Origin: Candidatus Coprovivens sp.
GTDB taxonomy: Bacteria; Bacillota_I; Bacilli_A; RF39; UBA660
Assembly: GCA_051892935.1 (NCBI GenBank)
Contig: JBJFGS010000034.1
Location: forward strand, 10,710 to 46,093
Length of the DNA stretch: 35,384 nt
Direction of reading: 5' to 3'
Positions 8,961 to 17,930 of the stretch are shown in pieces. Below the pieces are notes generated by a model. It had not been told where the DNA came from and made no database searches. It was given only the letters and a program-made list of their open reading frames with translations. The position numbers and the translations under genes were made by a program. How positions within the stretch are numbered: position 1 is the first letter of the stretch; each line of letters opens with the position of its first letter.

Positions 8961-10268
8961 CTATGTGGTTTTTTTTTCATTATTCTTTCTTTTTTTTAAG
9001 TTTTTTAGTTCTTTTTTTATACCTGATATTATTATTAATGAAATTACTATTACTATTGGTAGTAATGCTCGATAATCAAAGAAATAATGACCAGCTGTAT
9101 GGGCAAATAAGATAGATAATCTTGCTATTGGAATTAAACATATTAGTAGTAGAAATGCATATTTTTGTTTGGCTTTTTTATTTAAACTAAATACATAGAA
9201 CCAAATTACAAATAAAATTGTTATGATTGGTAAAATTACTGGTTCTTCTATTATATTAAAGGGAAATAAAATACATATTGTTGTTAATAATATTTTAGGA
9301 ATGGCAACTTCTTTATCTACAATAGGCATATCATAAATCCTTATTTTGGCTTTATTCCAAGTATTAGTGAATGAATTTGTACCTATTACTAAAGCACTTA
9401 GAAACCATTTACTAATAAATGTTATTGTATATGACATTCCCCAACATAAACAGCTTTTTATTATAAAATTTAATTTTTCTTTTGGTGTTTTCTTTTTATC
9501 AAAGTATAGTTTTAATAGTAGTGGAATTACTAAAGTTATGGTTTCGCATGTTAGAAAATCCATAAAGCATATTGATACACCTGATATAATCATTAAATAA
9601 TAAAAGTATTTATCTTCTTTTGTTAATATTTTCATAGTAATAATACTAATTATAAGCATTGTTAAAAATGCAAAATAATATAAAAGACAAAATGGTATTA
9701 CATAGTAACTAATACTAAGGAATCCAATTATAAAAGATATAAATAACAATTTTGATTTTTTTAGAATAAGTATTAATAAATAGGATGTTAAAATAATTAT
9801 TAAGATACAATTAATTATTTTTATTTGTTTGATATTAAAAAATAATAATAATGGTTTTAAATAAATCATTGAACCATGCCAATATCTCGAATATTCAGTG
9901 TTTGGCAATTTATTTTCTACTACTGTTTCTTTCAAATTTTCGGACATAATACTATAACCATTAAAGTAATATGACATTAATACTTGTTGTTTCCATTTAT
10001 TTATTGTCATAGTATCAGTGTTCCATAACATATTCAAAGTTAAACAATCGGTATAATTATCTATAATAATTGATTTTTTAAAATAATTTGATGAGTTTTC
10101 TATGTTTAATAAAAATTCATGATTTTCTTGGCCATTATAGTATTCAACTGTTTCTATCATGTTTTTTTCAATATACTTATTGGGAATAGATATTGCTAAG
10201 TGTTGTATAATAATTAAGATTGATAAAGTAGTTATAAATACCATGATATATTTTAATATTTGTTTCAT
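8961..10268 (-). CDS. Polytopic membrane protein with large extracytoplasmic loop and YSRYWHG motif (possible GT-C-like glycosyltransferase)
   Basis: One N-terminal TM, an approximately 110-aa loop ending EYSRYWHG, many hydrophobic helices, DFLT and HTAGH motifs. Function is an inference from topology. Confidence 0.55.
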   Translation of the reverse strand: MKQILKYIMVFITTLSILIIIQHLAISIPNKYIEKNMIETVEYYNGQENHEFLLNIENSSNYFKKSIIIDNYTDCLTLNMLWNTDTMTINKWKQQVLMSYYFNGYSIMSENLKETVVENKLPNTEYSRYWHGSMIYLKPLLLFFNIKQIKIINCILIIILTSYLLILILKKSKLLFISFIIGFLSISYYVIPFCLLYYFAFLTMLIISIITMKILTKEDKYFYYLMIISGVSICFMDFLTCETITLVIPLLLKLYFDKKKTPKEKLNFIIKSCLCWGMSYTITFISKWFLSALVIGTNSFTNTWNKAKIRIYDMPIVDKEVAIPKILLTTICILFPFNIIEEPVILPIITILFVIWFYVFSLNKKAKQKYAFLLLICLIPIARLSILFAHTAGHYFFDYRALLPIVIVISLIIISGIKKELKNLKKRKNNEKKTT

Positions 10269-10337
10269 ATTATCACCTTTCCACTATTTTATCATTCTTT
10301 TTTTAATTTTAAAAAAAATATACTTAGAAAGTATATT

Positions 10338-10655
10338 TTATTGTGATAATTCGTCTAATTTTTTTTGTAATTCTTTTGCTTTTTGGTTTATTTTTGTTTT
10401 TTCGGCTTCTTCTAATATATACCAGCCATTGTTCCAAGCTAGTTCATATGTTTCTGCTTGAATTGAATCGATAGTACTAAATATTTCGAAGATGTCATCT
10501 TGTAAGTCTTCGTTACTTGCTTCAGTTAAAGCTGTTGCTGTATTATTTAACAAGCTTTTTTCATTATATAATATATCATTTATGTAATCGCGATCATTTA
10601 ATTCGATTGTTTCATCTACTTTTGTTTCATCACAACATACTTTACTATTAGCCAT
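10338..10655 (-). CDS. Coat F domain spore protein
   Basis: LNDRDYINDILYNEK...ALTEASNEDL...YELAWNNGWY matches the Coat F pattern (D.L..EK, A..E..N..L, GWY). Confidence 0.8.
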   Translation of the reverse strand: MANSKVCCDETKVDETIELNDRDYINDILYNEKSLLNNTATALTEASNEDLQDDIFEIFSTIDSIQAETYELAWNNGWYILEEAEKTKINQKAKELQKKLDELSQ

Positions 10656-10861
10656 TATTTATCAACTCCTAACATTTTTATTAATTTTTCACAAATTTTT
10701 TCGTGTTTTTTGGCTACATTTTTCATGTGTTTACTAATTTCATCATCTGTTACTAATTCACTATAATCGTAGGCTTTTTTACAAATTATAAAATGCCAGT
10801 TAAACATATCTTCTATGTAAGATAGATCTTTAGTAGAAATCATTTTTGGTACTTTTTCCAT
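10655..10861 (-). CDS. Small helical spore-coat-associated protein (Coat F partner, ferritin-like)
   Basis: ISTKDLSYIEDM...KKAYDYSELVTDDEI...AKKH..L pattern; RBS GAAAGGA; TAATG overlap with the Coat F gene. Confidence 0.65.
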   Translation of the reverse strand: MEKVPKMISTKDLSYIEDMFNWHFIICKKAYDYSELVTDDEISKHMKNVAKKHEKICEKLIKMLGVDK

Positions 10862-10882
10862 TATATCAATCCTTTCTATTAT

Positions 10883-10911
10883 TATGATGTTTTAAATTAT
10901 ACTTTTTATAC
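10883..10911 (-). promoter_or_regulatory. Candidate forespore SigG-type promoter
   Basis: GTATA (10911-10907), 17 nt, CATCATA (10889-10883) upstream of the spore-coat-like pair; resembles the B. subtilis SigG consensus GHATA-N17/18-CATNNTA. The AT-rich background lowers certainty. Confidence 0.45.
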
Positions 10912-10928
10912 ATATAAAAACAGTAGAT

Positions 10929-11366
10929 TTACTTTCTACTGTTTTCATATTCTATAATAGCTTTTTCTATTCCTTTCCAAGGAATAGTTGCACAACCTTT
11001 TCTGTTTTGTTGTTTATAGATTTCATCATAGCAACATGCTTCTTCTAATAATTCTTCATCATATTCTTTTTCATTTATCATATTATAATAGTTTTTCATA
11101 AGTTCTTTTACTTCTTCGATGGTTTTTCCTTGAAGAAGTTTTATCATAATAGATGTTGCTGATGTAGATATAGCACATGCTTCTCCGTTAAAGTGGATAT
11201 CTTTTATAATATTATCTTCAAATAAGATGTATAAATCGATATCATCGATGCATGTTTCACTATTGGAATTTACTTTTATATAACGACTATCAGTTATAGT
11301 ATCTCTATTTAGAGGATTTTGATAGTGTTCCATTATTAAGGCTTTTTTTAATTCTGGATCTAGCAT
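10929..11366 (-). CDS. sufU: SUF system sulfur-transfer protein SufU
   Basis: IMEHYQNPLN, TCIDD, F.GEACAISTSATSIM, RKGCATIPW; follows sufS. Confidence 0.93.
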   Translation of the reverse strand: MLDPELKKALIMEHYQNPLNRDTITDSRYIKVNSNSETCIDDIDLYILFEDNIIKDIHFNGEACAISTSATSIMIKLLQGKTIEEVKELMKNYYNMINEKEYDEELLEEACCYDEIYKQQNRKGCATIPWKGIEKAIIEYENSRK

Positions 11367-11377
11367 GTTTTCACTCC

Positions 11378-12574
11378 TTATAACATTTCATCTAATATTT
11401 TATTTTTGTCTTTTAAAAGGTCAGCTAACTTGTTTATTTCTTCTTCTGTGTTGTAAAAATATATACTTATACGAACTGTATTTTTTACTCCGACTTCATT
11501 TTTTAATATTTTAGCACAGTGATTGCCTGCTCTTACACATATATTATATTTATTTAAATAAACTGCTACATCTTGAGCAAATATATCATCGATGTTGAAA
11601 GCAATTATTCCACTATCACTTTCTTCATTTATAATATTTATATGAGGTATTTCTTTTAGTTTGTTTACTAGTTTTTTTCTTAGTTTTTGTTCATGAGCTG
11701 TAATATTATTTAAACCTATTTTGTTTAAAAATTCTATAGCTGCTCCTAAACCTATTGCTCCAGCGATATTAGGTGTTCCTGCTTCTAATCTAGTTGGCAA
11801 TGGTTTTAAATATACTTGATTTATGTTATCAAAAGATTCGTTCATTCCACCACCTAGATTTATTGGATCCAGTTCATTTAGTAATTCATATTTACCATAT
11901 AAAACTCCTATACCTGTTGGTCCACACATTTTATGACCAGAGAATGCTAAAAAGTCACAATCTAAATCTTGAACATCTGTTTTTATATGGGGAACACTTT
12001 GTGCTCCATCAACTACAACAAAGATGTTATTTTGATGAGCAAATTCACATATTTCTTTTATCGGTCTTAAATCTCCTATAACATTTGTAATCATTGCCAT
12101 ACTTATTAGTTTTGTATTTGGTGTTATTATTTTTTTTAGATTACTTATTGTTACGTAATGATTGTCATCTAATGGACAGTATTTTATTATTACACCATTT
12201 GTTTTAGCAAGACGAAACCATGGTAACACATTTGAAGCATGTTCACTTTCAGTTATTATTATTTCATCACCAGGTTCTAAATTTTTTTTAAAGAAGCCTT
12301 CAGCGATAATATTTAGAGAATCTGTTGTTCCACTAGTGAAGATTATTTCTTTACGAGATTTAGCATTTATAAATTCTTTTACTATATCACGAGCACCTTC
12401 ATATTCATTATCTACTTTTAAAGAAATATCATAGTCGCCACGATGAGCGTTAGCAGTATATTTTGTGTAATAGTCAGTTATTTTATTTATTACTGATAAT
12501 GGTTTCCAAGTAGTTGCACCATTATCTAAGTATATATAGTTAGTGTTCATCATCGGAAATTCTTCGCGATTCAT
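11378..12574 (-). CDS. sufS: Cysteine desulfurase SufS
   Basis: YLDNGATT, NAHRG, DGAQSVPH, FSGHKMCGPTG (PLP Lys), EAGTPN, RAGNHCA (catalytic Cys). Confidence 0.95.
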   Translation of the reverse strand: MNREEFPMMNTNYIYLDNGATTWKPLSVINKITDYYTKYTANAHRGDYDISLKVDNEYEGARDIVKEFINAKSRKEIIFTSGTTDSLNIIAEGFFKKNLEPGDEIIITESEHASNVLPWFRLAKTNGVIIKYCPLDDNHYVTISNLKKIITPNTKLISMAMITNVIGDLRPIKEICEFAHQNNIFVVVDGAQSVPHIKTDVQDLDCDFLAFSGHKMCGPTGIGVLYGKYELLNELDPINLGGGMNESFDNINQVYLKPLPTRLEAGTPNIAGAIGLGAAIEFLNKIGLNNITAHEQKLRKKLVNKLKEIPHINIINEESDSGIIAFNIDDIFAQDVAVYLNKYNICVRAGNHCAKILKNEVGVKNTVRISIYFYNTEEEINKLADLLKDKNKILDEML

Positions 12575-12576
12575 TA

Positions 12577-13269
12577 TTATTCACCTCCTATTAATTCACA
12601 TATTTCTTCTTTTATTTCTTTGTTTATATTTAGATTACTTAATAAGTAACCATTTTTGATTAATTTTGTTGCACTCTCATTGCTTAATCCTTTACTATTT
12701 AGATAAAAAAGATAATTTGGATCAATACAACTTATTGTTGCGGCATGGTTAACTTCTACTTCATTTGAAGATACTAATAGATTAGGAATGCATGTACTTT
12801 CTTCATTATTTAAAACAAGTATTTTAATACTTTCTATTAAGTTATTTTCCTTTATATTAGGAAGAACATCTGCTGTTGAAGAAACTAGAGTACTTCCTTT
12901 GTTTTCTGTTACTGAAGCTACTTTTATTTCTGTATTATTATTATCTCCACTTAAAGTACTATCTATTTGTAGATTTACTTTATCATTAGCTATTAATGAA
13001 TAGTTTAATATTACGTTACTATTATTAGTTTGCATTAATTTTATTTTATTATTTGCTTTATTATGAAGGATAAATCTATTATAGATTAGTGAACTATTTG
13101 GTTCTACATTAATAGTTAGATTTAATTTTTCATTTTCCTTTTTACTTATTTCTTGGATTAAGACTTTTCCTTTTATATTTATGACTAAATCTTTTACTTG
13201 AATATCTATTGCTACTGCATTATCTTTTATTTCTATATTATTTTCTTTATCTACTAATAGTTTATTCAT
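12577..13269 (-). CDS. sufD: SufD-family Fe-S assembly protein (short form)
   Basis: C-terminal IPNLLVSSNEVEVNHAATI...LFYLNSKGLS..A.KLI..GY; position between sufC and sufS. Confidence 0.82.
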   Translation of the reverse strand: MNKLLVDKENNIEIKDNAVAIDIQVKDLVINIKGKVLIQEISKKENEKLNLTINVEPNSSLIYNRFILHNKANNKIKLMQTNNSNVILNYSLIANDKVNLQIDSTLSGDNNNTEIKVASVTENKGSTLVSSTADVLPNIKENNLIESIKILVLNNEESTCIPNLLVSSNEVEVNHAATISCIDPNYLFYLNSKGLSNESATKLIKNGYLLSNLNINKEIKEEICELIGGE

Positions 13270-14026
13270 CTTCTGTAGTTCTTTCTATGTCAAATTCTTT
13301 AGAAAAGTTTTTAAATCCTTCTTTTTCTATGTCTTCTGCTAATGATGCATCACCAGTTTTTATTATTTTTTTATCTTTTAAAATATGAATATAATCTGGC
13401 TTTAATATTTCTAATAATTTAGGATTATGTGTAACTAGTAATATTGAACATTTTGTTTCTTCTTGATACTCTTTTAAAGAGTTTGCTACTATTTTTAAAG
13501 CATCTACATCTAAGCCAGAATCTACTTCATCTAATATTAAAAAACTAGGTTTTAGCATCCATATATGAAGTAGTTCATTTTTCTTTCTTTCTCCACCTGA
13601 CATACCATTATTTATTTCACGATGTAAAAATTCTTGAGGAATAGAAAGTTTTTTACATATTTCTCTAGCTTGTTTTGAAAAGCTAAAAATATCGATATGT
13701 TCCCCTGTTTTTTCACTTAGAGCTAGACGTAACATTTCGGCGTTTGTTACTCCTTCAATGGCAATAGGATTTTGACTTATCATCATAATTCCTAAACGAC
13801 TTATTTCAGTTGTAGTAAGGTCTTTTAGGGATTTATTATTGTAAGTTATTTTTCCTTTTTTTACTTCGTAATTAGGATCTTTTAGAATAGCACGACATAT
13901 TGTACTTTTTCCTACTCCGTTTGGTCCCATTATACAATGTATTTCTCCATCATTTATATTTAAATTAAAATCTTTTAATATTTCTTTATTATCTGCAAAT
14001 ACTGTTAAATCTTTTATAGTTAGCAT
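13262..14026 (-). CDS. sufC: Fe-S assembly ABC ATPase SufC
   Basis: Walker A GPNGVGKST, MSGGERKKNE, ILDEVDSGLDVDAL, LLVTH. Start moved to ATG 14026 because the GTG at 14035 lies within the RBS GAGGTGA. Confidence 0.95.
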   Translation of the reverse strand: MLTIKDLTVFADNKEILKDFNLNINDGEIHCIMGPNGVGKSTICRAILKDPNYEVKKGKITYNNKSLKDLTTTEISRLGIMMISQNPIAIEGVTNAEMLRLALSEKTGEHIDIFSFSKQAREICKKLSIPQEFLHREINNGMSGGERKKNELLHIWMLKPSFLILDEVDSGLDVDALKIVANSLKEYQEETKCSILLVTHNPKLLEILKPDYIHILKDKKIIKTGDASLAEDIEKEGFKNFSKEFDIERTTEDE

Positions 14027-14043
14027 TTTTATCACCTCTCAAT

Positions 14044-14072
14044 ATTTTAGCATTTTTTATAAAAGAAGTCTA
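14044..14072 (-). promoter_or_regulatory. Candidate SigA promoter of the suf operon
   Basis: TAGACT, 17 nt, TAAAAT with extended -10 TG. Confidence 0.55.
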
Positions 14073-14099
14073 TCAATACTTCCGGGGGGTATTTTGTTT

Positions 14100-15101
14100 T
14101 TATTTTTTTCTTAGAGAAAGTCCTAGTTTTATACCATCATTTATGGCTTCTTCTGTCATAGGTACTCTATTTTTTTGATTTACTATTATATTTGGATCTC
14201 TTTCTGTTATTGTACGATAATAGGTTCTCTTTTGGAATTCTTCTTTTAGTAATCTTAAGTAATCACGCATTTCAATATTTATTAATTTTCTAGATGCTAT
14301 TAGTTTCATATGTTTTAAGGCATTTTCTGTTGTGTGAGGCACATTATCAAAAGATTGTTCCATTATGAAGTCACCTCCACCAATTTTACATTCTGCTAGA
14401 GCTAGTTTGTTTTCTTCATCATATAGTCTAACTAAGTTAGCAATGATTGTTTTGGTAATTAAATATTCATCATCATCTTGATATGATTCGAAACGATAAT
14501 ATGGTTCTGGAATATAAGCGCCATATTTATTTCCATATGTTGCTATGCATCTTGCTTGATGAATATAAGGTGTTATATAGGCTTCTCTTTGGCCATTTGA
14601 GATATATGCTTTAGGTGCAACTACTAAAGATGGATTTTTAGTAGCTAAGTGCCTTAGATTTTCATATTCTAGTTTTACTATTCCTAAAGGAGTTATTGGT
14701 TGACCTACTAAAATAGTATTTCTCGATAAAAGACTAGTAACTACATATACTAGTTCTGTATCACCATAGTTTATAAATTCAATATCATTTACAGGATGAA
14801 TTATGTGTGGTACTTGATTTGGTAAGTCTATTAAGAATTCTTGTGTTAATGCAACTTCTTCGCGACGTGATTTATTTCCCGGTATTATATGATAGTTGAA
14901 ATCATTATCAGGAATTCCTAATTGTTCTTTTGTTTCTTCATCTATTATCGGCCAAATTCCTTTGGGGTTTGCCACTGTTATTTCAATTGTTTTAAATTCT
15001 TCTTCAATTAGTTTTCTTAATCTATTTAGTTTTTCTTCTGAAAAGCCTAAATCTCTATAATAATTTATCATTTCTTCTATATATTGTTCCATATTGTACA
15101 C
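14100..15101 (-). CDS. Hypothetical protein, possibly atypical kinase-like fold
   Basis: 333-aa ORF (likely start ATG 15092); FINYGDTELVYVV, LEYENLRHL, VVAP and IGGGDFI loosely recall kinase subdomains. Confidence 0.5.
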   Translation of the reverse strand: MYNMEQYIEEMINYYRDLGFSEEKLNRLRKLIEEEFKTIEITVANPKGIWPIIDEETKEQLGIPDNDFNYHIIPGNKSRREEVALTQEFLIDLPNQVPHIIHPVNDIEFINYGDTELVYVVTSLLSRNTILVGQPITPLGIVKLEYENLRHLATKNPSLVVAPKAYISNGQREAYITPYIHQARCIATYGNKYGAYIPEPYYRFESYQDDDEYLITKTIIANLVRLYDEENKLALAECKIGGGDFIMEQSFDNVPHTTENALKHMKLIASRKLINIEMRDYLRLLKEEFQKRTYYRTITERDPNIIVNQKNRVPMTEEAINDGIKLGLSLRKK

Positions 15102-15145
15102 TCTCTTTTTTAGAAAATAAAATAACTATAAGTTATAACTTATAA

Positions 15146-16027
15146 TTACTTATTTAATAATTTGTTTATAAATTCTTTAGATGAACTAGTTAATGTTTCT
15201 TCATTATATATCAAAGTTATTGTTTCTTTTGGAAGTTGTTCATCTAAGGAAATTATTTCTAAGTTTTCTTGTTCTGCTATATTACGTTGAATATAACCTA
15301 TACCTAATCCTTCTTTTATATATTTTAACATTACTTCAGTAGATTCTAATTCCATTATAGGATTACTAATAATATTTTTATTTGCTAATATTTTTTCTAA
15401 GTTTATTCTTGTTTTAGTATTCTTAGATGGTAGTAGTAATTGTTTTGTAAATAGTTCTTCTAATGTTAGTTTGGCTAAATTAAATTTGTTTTTTTGATAG
15501 GCAAAGCAATATTCAACTTTTTGAAGAACTATAGCTTTTAATTCTTTATTATCAGAGTATTCTCCTGTTATTACTAATAAATCTAAATTGTGTTGTTGTA
15601 ATAACTCAAATAATATTAATTCATCGTGATTACTTAGATTAATTGTTATATTAGGATGTTCTTGCATAAAACTTCTTATTTTATTAACAAAGTAGTAGTT
15701 ATTAATATGAGGTTGGATACCTATAGATATTTGTCCTTTTGTTAATTCTTTTCCTTCTTGAAGTTCTCTTTCTCCTAACATAAGATTATTATACGCCTTT
15801 TCAACATATACTAAAAGGTTTCTTGCTTCGGGAGTTAATTCAATACCACGATTAGTACGATAGAATAACAATGTATTTAGTTCGTATTCTAAATTTTGAA
15901 TATGTTTAGAAATTGCTGGTTGTGAAATATGAAGAACTCGTGATGATTCAGAGAAGCTCTTTGTTTTAGCAACTGTATAGAAAACTCTATATAAATTTAA
16001 ATTCATATTATTACATGGTAATGCCAC
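15146..16027 (-). CDS. LysR family transcriptional regulator
   Basis: HTH LYRVFYTVAKTKSFSESSRVLHISQPAISKHIQNLEYELNTLLFYRTNRGIELTPE; C-terminal GLGIGYI. Likely start GTG 16027 after AAGGGGG (alternatives TTG 16048, ATG 16006). Confidence 0.95.
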   Translation of the reverse strand: MALPCNNMNLNLYRVFYTVAKTKSFSESSRVLHISQPAISKHIQNLEYELNTLLFYRTNRGIELTPEARNLLVYVEKAYNNLMLGERELQEGKELTKGQISIGIQPHINNYYFVNKIRSFMQEHPNITINLSNHDELILFELLQQHNLDLLVITGEYSDNKELKAIVLQKVEYCFAYQKNKFNLAKLTLEELFTKQLLLPSKNTKTRINLEKILANKNIISNPIMELESTEVMLKYIKEGLGIGYIQRNIAEQENLEIISLDEQLPKETITLIYNEETLTSSSKEFINKLLNK

Positions 16028-16058
16028 TGGAAAAACCCCCTTTTCCAATTTGGTTTTT

Positions 16059-16086
16059 ATTATATATTATTTATATATTTTGTCAA
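16059..16086 (-). promoter_or_regulatory. Candidate SigA promoter of the LysR gene
   Basis: TTGACA (16086-16081), 16 nt, TATAAT (16064-16059). Confidence 0.6.
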
Positions 16087-16102
16087 TAGTTGTTATAACC
16101 TT

Positions 16103-16140
16103 AAAAAAAGTAACTATAACATTTAATTATAGTTACTTTT
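16103..16140 (-). terminator. Intrinsic terminator after the thioredoxin-like gene
   Basis: 14-bp inverted repeat AAAAGTAACTATAA / TTATAGTTACTTTT with U-tract. Confidence 0.7.
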
Positions 16141-16142
16141 GA

Positions 16143-17147
16143 TTAAGCATTTTCATCTATCCAAGAAATTAATTCATCTTTACTTAGAACTCCTGTTGAT
16201 TCTGAGGTAGCTATTCCATCTTTTATAGTAAATATTGTTGGAGTTACTTTAAAAGCATAGTATGTTCTAAAACGATTTATTTCATTTTCACTTAATAAAC
16301 TTATGTTAATTCTATAAATTACAGAATTTTTTTCTCCATATACTTCATTAATTGTTGGTTCAAAAGTTATACAAGGGTAGCAAGTTGAACTAGCGATAAG
16401 AATAGTCATATCTTCTTTTTCTAAAATTTTAGTTTCAAACTCAGTTAAACTTATTGTTTTTATATTAGAATATTCTATTTCTTCGATTGCATTTACAGCT
16501 GTTTCTTTATCTTTTTTGGCTTGTTTATTTATTTCACTTATTGTTTTATATTTTTTTGCTACTTTTTTATAAATATTACTATTTATAGTTTGATTACTTT
16601 CTTTTCTTTCTACTTCAGCATTTACAACATACATTGTTGTAGCTGCAATAATACCAATTATAAGTATTGTTAAAACTATTATTGCAATTTTTTTAAACTT
16701 ACTTCTTTTTATAACTTTATCTTCTAAAACAACATTTTGTTCTTCTAGTTTTTCTACAACTTCAATTAGATTTTGATTTTCTCTTCCGTCAAAAATAAGA
16801 GTTTTTTCTAGTTGTTCTTCTTTTGTAATCTCCTTAACTTGTGGTTGTTTTGGTGTAGGTTTATTTTGTTGGTTAACTACTTTTTTAGTTGTCTTTTTAG
16901 GTACTTGATTTTTGTTAGTTGTTGTTACTTTTTTAGGAGTGGTTTTCTTCGTTGGTGTTTTACTAGATGTTTTCTTTAGAGATACATTTTTTTTAGGAGA
17001 ATTTGTACTTACTTTTTTTGTTGAATTGGTTTTATTAGTATTTTTTGTAGAAATTGTTTTTTTAGTAGTTTTGTTTGTTGTTTGATTAGTTTTCTTATTT
17101 ATAGTCTTTTTTGTTGTTGTCTTTTTTTCATTTTTAGTCTCTGCCAT
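16143..17147 (-). CDS. Membrane protein: Lys/Thr-rich N-terminal region, one TM helix, C-terminal thioredoxin-fold domain (CxxC)
   Basis: About 100 aa of K/T/N/P low complexity; TM IAIIVLTILIIGIIAATTMYVV; IASSTCYPCITFEP, cis-Pro VTPTI and KDG...GVLSKDELISWI. Confidence 0.8.
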   Translation of the reverse strand: MAETKNEKKTTTKKTINKKTNQTTNKTTKKTISTKNTNKTNSTKKVSTNSPKKNVSLKKTSSKTPTKKTTPKKVTTTNKNQVPKKTTKKVVNQQNKPTPKQPQVKEITKEEQLEKTLIFDGRENQNLIEVVEKLEEQNVVLEDKVIKRSKFKKIAIIVLTILIIGIIAATTMYVVNAEVERKESNQTINSNIYKKVAKKYKTISEINKQAKKDKETAVNAIEEIEYSNIKTISLTEFETKILEKEDMTILIASSTCYPCITFEPTINEVYGEKNSVIYRINISLLSENEINRFRTYYAFKVTPTIFTIKDGIATSESTGVLSKDELISWIDENA

Positions 17148-17209
17148 TTTACTTCACCCTATCATTATTCTTATTTTAACATTTTTTTTTAATAAAAAAA
17201 AGCTTTTTA

Positions 17210-17902
17210 TTAAGCCTTTTCAATCGTTATAAATTTTATAGTTTTTATTTTTTGTTCTTCTAGTGGTTTATCGTTACTATCAGTTTCTACTGTAGCTATT
17301 TTGTCTACAGCATCCATTCCAGCAAATACTTTGCCAAATGAGGCATAGTCTCCATCTAATGAAGTTGAGTCTTGATGAACGATAAAGAATTGACTTGAGG
17401 CACTATCCATATCATAAGCATTACGAGCCATTGAAATAACACCTCTCGTATGAGATAAACTATTTTTTACCCCATTACTGGTAAATTCACCTTTGATAGT
17501 TTCTTCTGATCCACTATATCCTGTTCCTGTTGGATCGCCACCTTGAATCATAAAGTTTTCTATTACACGATGGAAGATTATACCATCATAGAAACCTTCA
17601 CTAACTAGTTTTTTAAAGTTTTTTATAGTAATTGGTGTTTCACTGTTAGATAGGACTATTAAGATGATGCTACCATCTTCCATTTCAATTTTTACTCTAT
17701 TAGTTTGTTCATCTGTTACTTTGAAAGTATATCCTTCTAGTGTTCCTTCGACTATTTCACCATTTTCTTCTTTTATAACTTTTAAATCTTGATTTAATTT
17801 CACTTTTTCTTTCTCACTTTCGTTTTCTTTTTTATTATTACATGCTGTAATGGTAAATACAGCAAATAATAGACAAATAATGCATAATAATTTTCTTTTC
17901 AT
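17210..17902 (-). CDS. Cyclophilin-type peptidyl-prolyl isomerase, lipoprotein
   Basis: Lipobox ITAC; FYDGIIFHRVIENFMIQGGDPTGTG, GVISMAR, SQFFI, LDGDYASFGKV. Confidence 0.95.
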   Translation of the reverse strand: MKRKLLCIICLLFAVFTITACNNKKENESEKEKVKLNQDLKVIKEENGEIVEGTLEGYTFKVTDEQTNRVKIEMEDGSIILIVLSNSETPITIKNFKKLVSEGFYDGIIFHRVIENFMIQGGDPTGTGYSGSEETIKGEFTSNGVKNSLSHTRGVISMARNAYDMDSASSQFFIVHQDSTSLDGDYASFGKVFAGMDAVDKIATVETDSNDKPLEEQKIKTIKFITIEKA

Positions 17903-17930
17903 TTTATCACCTTTTTTATAATATCAAATA

